Source: Promethearchaeota archaeon | GTDB lineage: Archaea; Asgardarchaeota; Lokiarchaeia; Sigyniarchaeales; SOKP01 | Assembly: GCA_048937405.1 (NCBI GenBank) | Contig: JBHLNF010000001.1 | Location: 64,001-128,000, forward strand | Direction: 5' to 3' | DNA length: 64,000 nt | Shown: positions 8,971 through 17,059 of the stretch, one piece after another | Layout of the letters: each line of letters begins with the position of its first letter | How positions within the stretch are numbered: the first letter of the stretch is position 1 | Program-made: the position numbers and the translations under genes | Notes under the pieces: model-generated | What the model was told of the DNA's origin: nothing | What the model saw: only the letters and a program-made list of their open reading frames with translations | Database searches by the model: none

Positions 8971-9636
8971 TTAAATATACAACATTTTTTCTTCCATTAT
9001 AATAAATATTCCTCTTCTAAGCCAATAATTTATCCTTTTTATGTCATTTCGATTTAATCTCATTTCAAGTTGTTTCATATGATCATTAAAAAATCTAATT
9101 CTCATACCAAGACGCTTGGTTTTTATCATTTCAATAAGATCCTTAAATAGAAAAGCCTCATTTATCTCAGAATTTACTTCAAAATAATGCATATCACTAT
9201 TTTTAAGGAAATCCTCATGAATATATACTTTATGTTCAATATTGCGATTTCTAAATTTAATATTATCAACTGGAACAAATGCCGTTCGATTAATTAATCC
9301 CCTATTGAATTGAATTAGTTCCTGAATGTCATAAATTAAAGGGAAAGCATAAAAGGCCATATGATTTCCACCATCTGTATGCACTAAAGCTTGATGTTGA
9401 TCATGGTAAGGACCACTATTTATTTTGAAGATATATTCTCTTCCATCCTTTTCTTTAGGGCTTTTAAATTGATAATATGTAATTATTCCATCTTGAGGAG
9501 TCTCTAGTGCAAAATCATAACCCACTCTTCGTTCGCTATTACTCGAAACACCTCTAATATAACAATTATCATATTCTTTCTCATAATTATTCAACAATTC
9601 TGCTCCAATATTCAATTCTAAAGTTTTTTCATTCAT
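8971..9636 (-). CDS. Putative PD-(D/E)xK-fold (QxK variant) nuclease
   Basis: N-terminal helix Glu (NEKTLE), then ERRVGYD...YYQFKSP, matching the E..D..QxK restriction-endonuclease-like arrangement. Confidence 0.5.
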   Translation of the reverse strand: MNEKTLELNIGAELLNNYEKEYDNCYIRGVSSNSERRVGYDFALETPQDGIITYYQFKSPKEKDGREYIFKINSGPYHDQHQALVHTDGGNHMAFYAFPLIYDIQELIQFNRGLINRTAFVPVDNIKFRNRNIEHKVYIHEDFLKNSDMHYFEVNSEINEAFLFKDLIEMIKTKRLGMRIRFFNDHMKQLEMRLNRNDIKRINYWLRRGIFIIMEEKMLYI

Positions 9637-9784
9637 CCTTCTTAATTATTGCACCTTAACTAATAATTGGGAATAGCATTTCATTTCTTAAGATCTTTAT
9701 TCTATAATATTATTCTACTTAAATTAATTGATAAATAAGACAAAAGGGAAGTGATTATAAATCTGAATTTTATTAAATATTTAT

Positions 9785-10118
9785 TCAATTTAAATTGTTG
9801 ATATTTTTTTTTATACAGTCAAATCTAGGTTTTGATTTGATTAAGACATTATTATTTGATTTTATTATTTTTTTAAAACTTTTAAACAGTTTTATAAACT
9901 CTGTTCCTTGAAATCCTGAGATATAGGAAAAAAACTCAGCCTTTGTGCTTATAGTAACTTTTCTCACTATTTTTTTGATTAGAAATCATTTCTTTCCAAT
10001 TCTAAATAGTCTTCCTTTTAAATCTAATAGCCATTTTTTTAGCATAAGAATACTTACAGTCATTAGCACATCTTAAATAGCAATTTAAATTATTATCTGC
10101 TCATTCTTTTGTTTTTTT
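9785..10118 (-). pseudogene. Degraded radical-SAM family gene fragment
   Basis: Minus-strand translation KTKE*ADNNLNCYLRCANDCKYSYAKKMAIRFKRKTI*NWKEM..KG*VF: a CxxxCxx(C>S) motif with three stops and frameshifts. Probably continues into the track ORF 9785..9967 (NNVLIKSKPRFDCIKK). Confidence 0.55.
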
Positions 10119-10159
10119 CTTCAAAAAATCAACTTAATTCTTCTTTATATATTAATCTC

Positions 10160-10186
10160 ATTTTTAATCGTGAAATTTGGTTTCAC
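10160..10186. promoter_or_regulatory. Palindromic site GTGAAA-N5-TTTCAC (candidate operator)
   Basis: ATTTTTAATCGTGAAATTTGGTTTCAC upstream of the wHTH gene; its first 16 bp recur inverted at 12707-12722. Confidence 0.4.
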
Positions 10187-10307
10187 ATCCTCCATAAAAT
10201 GATAATGGAATTTTAATATATGTCAAATTTTGATGATGACTTTTTTTCTTTATAAATTAGTATGAACAGTATATCTTTACAACATATTTTGATTCAATTG
10301 AATTTAA

Positions 10308-10880
10308 TTGAGAAAAATAGTAGGAACAATGAGTAAAGCACAAATTACCGTATATCAAAGGACACCTCACTACTATCATAGACCTAGGATTATTTCTATC
10401 AATATATTTAAGGTTTTATTCTATTTAACTAAAAAAGAAGGTTCTGCATATTTTAGTGAAATAAAAATATATTTAAATAGGAGTAGTAGTCAAGTCTCCC
10501 AAATAATGAGAAGACTTAAAATTAAAAATTATGTTAAAGTAGAGAATTGTAAACCATTGAAATATTCAATAACAGAATTAGGTAGAAAAGTTAATAGACA
10601 GACTATCAATGGTTTTTTAAAATATAATGGAAAAACAATTAGAAAAAAGGAAAATATAGATAAAAGAAAATCTAAACTTTATTCTAAAAACTTGGATATT
10701 GAAAAAGAATTAATAAAATACACTGAATTAGAACAACATTACAAAGATATACTCATTAGTTTCTTTATTGAATTGCCAGAAATATTAGTAGATTTAAATG
10801 TTGATTTCACTCCTCAAAAATATCATATCTTTGTTGAGGATACAAAAGCATTTTTGTTAAAACATAATATAATATTATAA
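10308..10880 (+). CDS. Winged-helix (MarR/ArsR-like) transcriptional regulator
   Basis: FSEIKIYLNRSSSQVSQIMRRLKIKNYV...YSITELG wHTH signature. Confidence 0.75.
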   Translation: MRKIVGTMSKAQITVYQRTPHYYHRPRIISINIFKVLFYLTKKEGSAYFSEIKIYLNRSSSQVSQIMRRLKIKNYVKVENCKPLKYSITELGRKVNRQTINGFLKYNGKTIRKKENIDKRKSKLYSKNLDIEKELIKYTELEQHYKDILISFFIELPEILVDLNVDFTPQKYHIFVEDTKAFLLKHNIIL

Positions 10881-11437
10881 TGATTTAGAGAATTAACATT
10901 TCAATTCATTTTCCAATTATCTTCTCGTTTACTCTTAGTTTAAAAAAAAATCTTAAAAAATATTATATTATTCTTCCCTACTATTAAGATTGTGAAATAT
11001 TCAAATGACATATTGTTATTAAAACTAAAACTTTCGCCCAAAGAATATAGAGATTTAAAGAAAGACTTAGTTTAATGTTAATCTTTTATTTTCAGGTAAA
11101 ACAAACAAAAATAACCGATTTTATTAAGATAGAACTTAATACTATCGATATGAATCCTAAATTTTTTCATCTCTTCATAAGAGAATGGCATAAAAATCAT
11201 TGTTCAAAAGAAGAATAATAAAAACTAAATTATTCTCAACTTTTCTCTTATCAATCCGGATTATAATAAAAGAAGATAAATGGCCTAATTAATTTTCATA
11301 GTTTATTCAAATATTCAGAAATAGTGATTATAAATTCTGAGTTTTAATTTTCCTAACTATATTTTCATCATATCACCCAGATATTACCTTTGTATTTTAG
11401 AAATTCATTTCTGAGATAAAGCTTTAATATTGACTTC

Positions 11438-11617
11438 ATGAATAAAATACATGAAATAATGGGAGAAGATAAAAATTTAGTTATTGATAAAAAATTAATT
11501 GAACAAATTAAAAAGGAAATAATTAGCAGTATTGAACAATATGTTGACTTAAAACTAAAACCTGTAATTGACTATTTTAAAAAGAAGAGAGACTTTAATA
11601 AAATGAGTTATTTATAG
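11438..11617 (+). CDS. Small hypothetical protein (59 aa)
   Basis: ATG 11438 to TAG 11617, MNKIHEIMGEDKNLVIDKKLIEQIKKEIISSIEQYVDLKLKPVIDYFKKK...; below the track length cutoff. Confidence 0.4.
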   Translation: MNKIHEIMGEDKNLVIDKKLIEQIKKEIISSIEQYVDLKLKPVIDYFKKKRDFNKMSYL

Positions 11618-11664
11618 AACAATTTATTCTTAGAAATCAATTTCCCTATTAATATATTTATTTA

Positions 11665-11877
11665 TTATGCTTTCTTGTTTTCATTCTCATCAAATATTCC
11701 AACAATTCCTCCTAACTCTTGAAGAGATAAAATATTCTTATTATCAAATACACCCAAGAATTTTTTATCAAAATCTAATTTACAAACAGGACAATAAATT
11801 AAATTGAAATAATCAATAATTTTTGCATTTCCACATCGAGGACAAGATTTGTTTAATTTTAATCTATTTTTTGACAT
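11665..11877 (-). CDS. Small CPxCG zinc-ribbon protein
   Basis: CPRCG...CPVCK. Confidence 0.7.
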   Translation of the reverse strand: MSKNRLKLNKSCPRCGNAKIIDYFNLIYCPVCKLDFDKKFLGVFDNKNILSLQELGGIVGIFDENENKKA

Positions 11878-11944
11878 CTTTTGATATTATTTTTTGTAAT
11901 TAAGATTAGAAATGTTTTATTTAAAGTACATGTTATTTTTAGAT

Positions 11945-12211
11945 TCAAATTGCTGTCATATCATCTGGATTTATGAAGAAAACACTATCTCCTCTGATAA
12001 CTAGTGTCCCATAATAAACTCTTGTACTCCCATTCTCTTCAACTTCGGCAGCTTCCGATAAAACAAGATTCATATGACCATCTATACTCCTTAGAATTCC
12101 TGAATAAAACTCTCCATTTTTCATTCTAATTAGAACTTAAGATCCTGTTAGTTTTTCCAAAGTTGTTTTATATATGTTTAATTTTTGAGTTTCAAATTCA
12201 GTTTTTAACAT
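11945..12211 (-). pseudogene. Sm/Lsm (SmAP) protein with one in-frame TAA
   Basis: MLKTEFETQKLNIYKTTLEKLTGS*VLIRMKNGEFYSGILRSIDGHMNLVLSEAAEVEENGSTRVYYGTLVIRGDSVFFINP; Sm1 (G.L...D.HMNLVL..A.E) and Sm2 (IRGDSV) intact; stop at 12137-12139. Confidence 0.88.
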
Positions 12212-12239
12212 AGTGTATTTATATATTAGGAATAATCTA

Positions 12240-12542
12240 TTAAAAATCAACGAAAACTTTTCCTAAATTTATATTATAATTACACCAAACTAGAATAGAA
12301 TTATATTGTTCTCCAGAAAATCCATGCCTTATGATAAAATTAATAATATCAGCATACATTACCTCTCTCCTCCCTTTTAATATCTGCTTAACTTTCCTTA
12401 GAATATTCTTTAATAATTCAAAGTCAATTACTCCTGTTTTCTTTATCTTCTTTATTTTTTCAGCTTGTTGGTTCACAAGATTCCCTTCGGATGGTTTTTC
12501 ATAATATTTATGATTTATTTTATCGTATATTGGTGTTTTCAT
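12240..12542 (-). CDS. Hypothetical protein
   Basis: 100-aa ORF 28 bp upstream of the Sm gene on the same strand. Confidence 0.6.
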   Translation of the reverse strand: MKTPIYDKINHKYYEKPSEGNLVNQQAEKIKKIKKTGVIDFELLKNILRKVKQILKGRREVMYADIINFIIRHGFSGEQYNSILVWCNYNINLGKVFVDF

Positions 12543-12692
12543 TAAATTATAAAAACTACAAGAGAAAGAAAAGATTGGAAATTAGAAAAAGAAGATATAA
12601 ACTATTCCCTGATTTACATCCGACTTAAAAGAGTAAATTATGATTAAAATCAAATTCTTGTCTAACATTAAAAATTAATGAATAGAATAAGT

Positions 12693-12714
12693 TCGTGAAA
12701 CCGGTGTTTCACGA
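12693..12714. promoter_or_regulatory. Perfect inverted repeat TCGTGAAAC-CGGT-GTTTCACGA (candidate operator)
   Basis: 9-bp arms; relatively GC-rich within an AT-rich divergent intergenic region. Confidence 0.45.
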
Positions 12715-12879
12715 TTAAAAATTAAATAGAATTACAAGCTATTTATAAAGGAAAAATTCACTTTTAGTTAAAACCAGCACTCTCACATATAATTTTAATT
12801 GTAAAGAGAATATCTGAGATGCTAAATGCGATTATGAATAATCAAAAAATAAATTATTACTTGATATAGAAGTGACTTT

Positions 12880-13659
12880 ATGAAATTATATAATGAAATT
12901 CAAGAGAATGAAGATATTACCAATGATAGACTTCTAAAAAATGCTCTTTTTTCACATAATTTTCACAAAATACCTCCTATTATTGGTATCATTACAGCAG
13001 ACCAATATGGAAACACTTTAATGGTATTTCAATATGAAGAAGGGGATGAATCCAATTATAATCCTATTAAATCCTATTTATCTGAGGATGATAAATCTCT
13101 ATTAGATATTGATTTAATTTCTATGTATTTTAGCTCTTTTAAGACCTTCGCAGGACAGACCAACATTCAGAACTTATCAAATTTAGAGATCCATGGTTCA
13201 AACATAAAGATTCAAATTTATTTCTTATTTGATAAATATATGATAATAATTTTTCTAAATTCAAATACAGAATTAAATTTAAAAGATAAAGCCCAGATTG
13301 TACATTATTTTGAAGAACAGTTGATTAACCATGAATTTGAATTCAAATATTTTAATGCTACAGATTCAAGAAATACAATTAGGAAATTGGAGAAAAAGGG
13401 AAAAACTTGGCTTAAAAAGTTAAATGTAAATTATAGAGACGCATTTAAAAATATTTACCTGAAAAAACATGAAATGATTAACTTTGCTATGGAAAAAATT
13501 GCTCCTATTATTCAAGAAGAATTAATAGAATATTTTTCAGGAATTCCAGAAGATATTGTTAATAATGTAACAAAGGAAATTCGTAACAAAATTCAAGATA
13601 AATTCTGTGAATTCAACTCTAAATTATTAAATTCTTCATTACTAAATTTAGATCCCTAA
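12880..13659 (+). CDS. Longin/roadblock-like domain protein
   Basis: IIGIITADQYGNTLM ... DIDLISMYFSSFKTFA ... LSNLEIHGSNIKIQI ... YMIIIFL matches the beta-beta-alpha-beta3 longin pattern common in Asgard proteins; helical C-terminus. Confidence 0.5.
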   Translation: MKLYNEIQENEDITNDRLLKNALFSHNFHKIPPIIGIITADQYGNTLMVFQYEEGDESNYNPIKSYLSEDDKSLLDIDLISMYFSSFKTFAGQTNIQNLSNLEIHGSNIKIQIYFLFDKYMIIIFLNSNTELNLKDKAQIVHYFEEQLINHEFEFKYFNATDSRNTIRKLEKKGKTWLKKLNVNYRDAFKNIYLKKHEMINFAMEKIAPIIQEELIEYFSGIPEDIVNNVTKEIRNKIQDKFCEFNSKLLNSSLLNLDP

Positions 13660-14025
13660 TTTTTATATAATTTTCAAGTCAAAGAAAATCAGTGTATCTA
13701 ATTTTCACTATTCTCAATATGAATGAAAATATAACAATAATTAAGATTTATAATCTTATTTTTTTAAGTAATTAAAAATTGTAAAGGATTTAATTAATTA
13801 GAAAAAAATATCACAGAGATCGAAAAAGGATCTTCAAAATTTACAACATCATCTTCACTAATATCAATAGATGGTAAGTTACAAAAATTCTTTTGAAACC
13901 AGTAATAATTACAAGCTTATATTATGATTTGAAGATACTAAATATTCTGATAATTAATTTGTATATAGAATAAATATTGGAAACTAACAAAAAATTAAGA
14001 AAAAGTGATAAAATTACTTCCTTTG

Positions 14026-14421
14026 TTAATGTCTCAATATAACATCAAAAATCAAACTAAACCCAACACTAGAAATTTCACCAATTATTATAAAAAATAA
14101 ATCCATTAAAAAATCATCAATTTCAATCCAGATAAATGGGAATGTAATAAAGAATCCAATAAATAACCCAAGTACATATTCTAATATGATAAATTTTATG
14201 ATATTATGAAGATTTTCCCCCCGGCTATAGGTATAAAAAAGATAAAGACCTAGTAAACAGACTATCAACGTTACGAAAATAATTTCAATAAATCCCAAAA
14301 TGAGATCCAAAGAAATTCCACAACGAATTATTCTATAAATTAGATTAAAAATTACTATAGCTGTTGTAGTGCGGATAACAGTTCTGATTAAAAGAACTTT
14401 TTCGCCATCAATATTTTCCAC
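14026..14421 (-). CDS. Hypothetical 4-TM membrane protein
   Basis: Four hydrophobic segments. Confidence 0.55.
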   Translation of the reverse strand: MENIDGEKVLLIRTVIRTTTAIVIFNLIYRIIRCGISLDLILGFIEIIFVTLIVCLLGLYLFYTYSRGENLHNIIKFIILEYVLGLFIGFFITFPFIWIEIDDFLMDLFFIIIGEISSVGFSLIFDVILRH

Positions 14422-14910
14422 AAATTTATAAATTTTTTATTTTTTTTAACAATTTTGCATATTCTTTCTTTTCTATTTTTATAATTTTGTGTACATCAGA
14501 GGTATTTAATTAATAAGTTTGTGAAGAAATTATACCAGATTTACTAATATGTTAATTATAATGGAATAACTACAAAACTTACTTTGAGATTTTCACCGGT
14601 CATAGATATCGTTAAGTAGCTAATCCCTATAATTAAAGGCTGATTTCTGAGGATTTTGTCGATAGTTTCAAAGTAACTATCTGAACAAAATTCATTAAAA
14701 TTTGCAAGTTGAATTTTAATTAAATATCAGTTTTGGGATATTATTTAAATTAAATATATCTTTTAAGATTAGAAGGGTAATTCTTTTAGAAGAATATTAA
14801 TATTTTTATTTGTTATAATAGACATAAGGAGTTAAGCAAAAATAATTAATGAAATTTCTATTAAAATTTGATTAAATTATAATTTGGACGATTAATACCA
14901 AAATTGGTGA

Positions 14911-15921
14911 ATGAGAATTTCAGATGATGAAAAAAATACAGAGATAGAATACAAGTTTAATGAATGGACTGTAAAAGATTTAAGGGAATTTGCTACAAAA
15001 AATAATATAAAAATTCCCTCAAAGTCTAAAAAGAAAGATATTATTGAGCTTCTTGAAGAGGTGGTATATCATCCTGATTTTGTTGATCGATCTCAAGAGC
15101 CAGAAGAATTGGAGGAAGAATTAATAGCTGAATTTGAAGATGAGGAGGAAGATCTTGCATTATTACGAAAAGAAAAAACTGAATTAAAATTCTGGCAACA
15201 ACCCCCTTATTCAAGTTTATTGGACAGTGAATTAGCAAAAGAATCTGAAGTTGCGTTTTATGATTTATCAAAATTAGTTGATACTTTTTTTGACAATATG
15301 CTTCACGAGGATTTGATTAATTATAAAATTTCAGGAATTGCGCTTAAAACATCTGCAACTTTGCATCATTATAAAATCTCCAGTATTATAAAAGAAGAGG
15401 AAGAAATTCAAAGAAGAGAAGAGTTAGAAAAATTCAGAGAAAGGCATGCCAGGGGTATTCCAAGAACCTTACCTCAACCAATTTCTCCTAAAGTGCAATT
15501 TGCAACTAAGGATGAATTATTTGATGCGATGAGATCTGCTATTATAGAAGTAATGCAGAATAAGGAAAAATTGAGAAGGAGGAAGATGAGAAGAGATGAA
15601 ATAAAACAACAAAGGCTTCAAAGGAAGTCTAAAGCACAGCTACCTAAAGAACTCCTAAAGCATATTAGTGGAAAGGAACAAACAATTGAAGAATTGCATG
15701 AATCGTGGTATAATAGAATAAAAGGTACAATTAACTTAAATAACGAAGAATCTAATTTTTTTGATTTAACAAATATTATTAAAGATGAAGAAAAAACTAG
15801 TTTAGGAAGGAAATTTTCTTTTGTAAGGATGTTTTTAGCTTTAATGTTCCTGTCTACAGGAAATAAATTGACGTTAAGCCAAGAAGAGGATTTTCGAAAT
15901 ATCTCAATTAATCTTAAATAA
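14911..15921 (+). CDS. scpA: Segregation and condensation protein A (kleisin) with N-terminal SAP/HeH-like domain
   Basis: PYSSLLD..YDLSKLVDTF..ISGIALKTSATLHHYK (kleisin N-domain); FVRMFLALMFL..KLTLSQEEDFRNI (C-terminal wH); immediately upstream of scpB. Confidence 0.82.
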   Translation: MRISDDEKNTEIEYKFNEWTVKDLREFATKNNIKIPSKSKKKDIIELLEEVVYHPDFVDRSQEPEELEEELIAEFEDEEEDLALLRKEKTELKFWQQPPYSSLLDSELAKESEVAFYDLSKLVDTFFDNMLHEDLINYKISGIALKTSATLHHYKISSIIKEEEEIQRREELEKFRERHARGIPRTLPQPISPKVQFATKDELFDAMRSAIIEVMQNKEKLRRRKMRRDEIKQQRLQRKSKAQLPKELLKHISGKEQTIEELHESWYNRIKGTINLNNEESNFFDLTNIIKDEEKTSLGRKFSFVRMFLALMFLSTGNKLTLSQEEDFRNISINLK

Positions 15922-15963
15922 AAATTATATCTAAATGATAATTATCATAAGTAGTTTAGGAAT

Positions 15964-17031
15964 ATGGAAGAAAATTTAGATGAGGAAATTGATGAAGAAC
16001 AAGAAGACATCTCTGAGGATGAGAATATAGAATCAAATAGCGAAGAGAATAGTGATTTAATTGATAAAATAGAAGAAGCAAATGAAGAAGAATCAATTGA
16101 AACATTTGAACAAATGGACTCAAATGATTCAATAATAAGTGAAGATGAAATTATAGAAGAGCAAGATATGGCTACTGAAGATTTAGAAAATCTTGAAAAT
16201 CTGGAAGAACTAGAGCAACAACCAGAAACTCTATTAAGTGATGATTCTATTGAAGAACAAAAGACGGAAATTGCTGCAAACGCAGCCAAAGCTGCGTCAG
16301 ATAGCACCGTTCTTGATGAAAAATCAATAGAAATTGAAACTAGAACTATTCAGCGGAATTTTATTGAAGCTGCTCTTTATGCTTCTGGTGGGCCTTTAAC
16401 AATTGAAGAATTATCACATAGATTAGAATTTCCCAAAAAAGAGGTGGAAATTCTAGTAAATGAATTAGCTTTCGATTATTTAGAGCGTAAAACTGCTTTA
16501 GTGATTAATCAAGTTGGTGAAGCGTATCAAATGGGTTTACGACCAGAATATGTAGAAAAAGTTTCGAAATTTGCGAAGGGTGGGGGAATTGCTGAAAGAT
16601 ACTTAAGAACCCTAACAGTAATTGCTTTAAAACAACCAATTTTAAAATCAATGGTTATAAAGTTGAGAGGTACAGGAGCGTATGAACATGTAAAATATCT
16701 TCTTGATAATGGTTTTATTGATGCTACAAAAAAAGGTAGGTCACACGAATTAACCACAACAGATAAGTATGCGGATATGTTTGGATTACCACGAGATATT
16801 CGACAATTAAAAAGTGTTATGATATCTCAATTAGGAATAGAAGAAGGAGGTCAGATTGAACCTACGGGTGAAATTGAAGAAGGAGATCAGATTGAACCTA
16901 CGGGTGAAATTGAAGAAGGAGATCAGATTGAACCTACGGGTGAAATTGAAGAAGGAGATCTAAGTGAATCTTCAGGAGAAACTGAAAATGTGAGTCAAAA
17001 TGACTCTATAAGTAATAATGAAGAAGAATAA
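15964..17031 (+). CDS. scpB: SMC-Scp complex subunit ScpB with acidic N- and C-terminal extensions
   Basis: IEAALYASGGPL, YQMGLRPEY, LRTLTVIALKQPI, LRGTGAYEHVKYL, TTDKYADMFGL. Confidence 0.92.
   Translation: MEENLDEEIDEEQEDISEDENIESNSEENSDLIDKIEEANEEESIETFEQMDSNDSIISEDEIIEEQDMATEDLENLENLEELEQQPETLLSDDSIEEQKTEIAANAAKAASDSTVLDEKSIEIETRTIQRNFIEAALYASGGPLTIEELSHRLEFPKKEVEILVNELAFDYLERKTALVINQVGEAYQMGLRPEYVEKVSKFAKGGGIAERYLRTLTVIALKQPILKSMVIKLRGTGAYEHVKYLLDNGFIDATKKGRSHELTTTDKYADMFGLPRDIRQLKSVMISQLGIEEGGQIEPTGEIEEGDQIEPTGEIEEGDQIEPTGEIEEGDLSESSGETENVSQNDSISNNEEE
16840..16960 (+). repeat. 36-bp coding tandem repeat (3 units plus a partial; EEGDQIEPTGEI)
   Basis: GAAGAAGGAG(G/A)TCAGATTGAACCTACGGGTGAAATT at 16840, 16876 and 16912, partial at 16948. 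Confidence 0.95.
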
Positions 17032-17059
17032 TTTTACTTTAATTTTAGTCTATATTCTC

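Noticed and set aside
12137-12139. Possible recoding (Sec/Pyl) of the Sm internal stop
   Set aside because: The codon is TAA, not TGA or TAG, and TAA terminates many genes in this window.
14654-14690. Hairpin GATAGTT-N7-AACTATC with outer TTTTGT/ACAAAA; considered as SECIS or ncRNA
   Set aside because: No convincing SECIS core or C/D boxes and no selenoprotein candidate nearby.
16840-16960. 36-bp repeats as a CRISPR array
   Set aside because: Head-to-tail with no spacers, in frame within scpB, and no cas genes.
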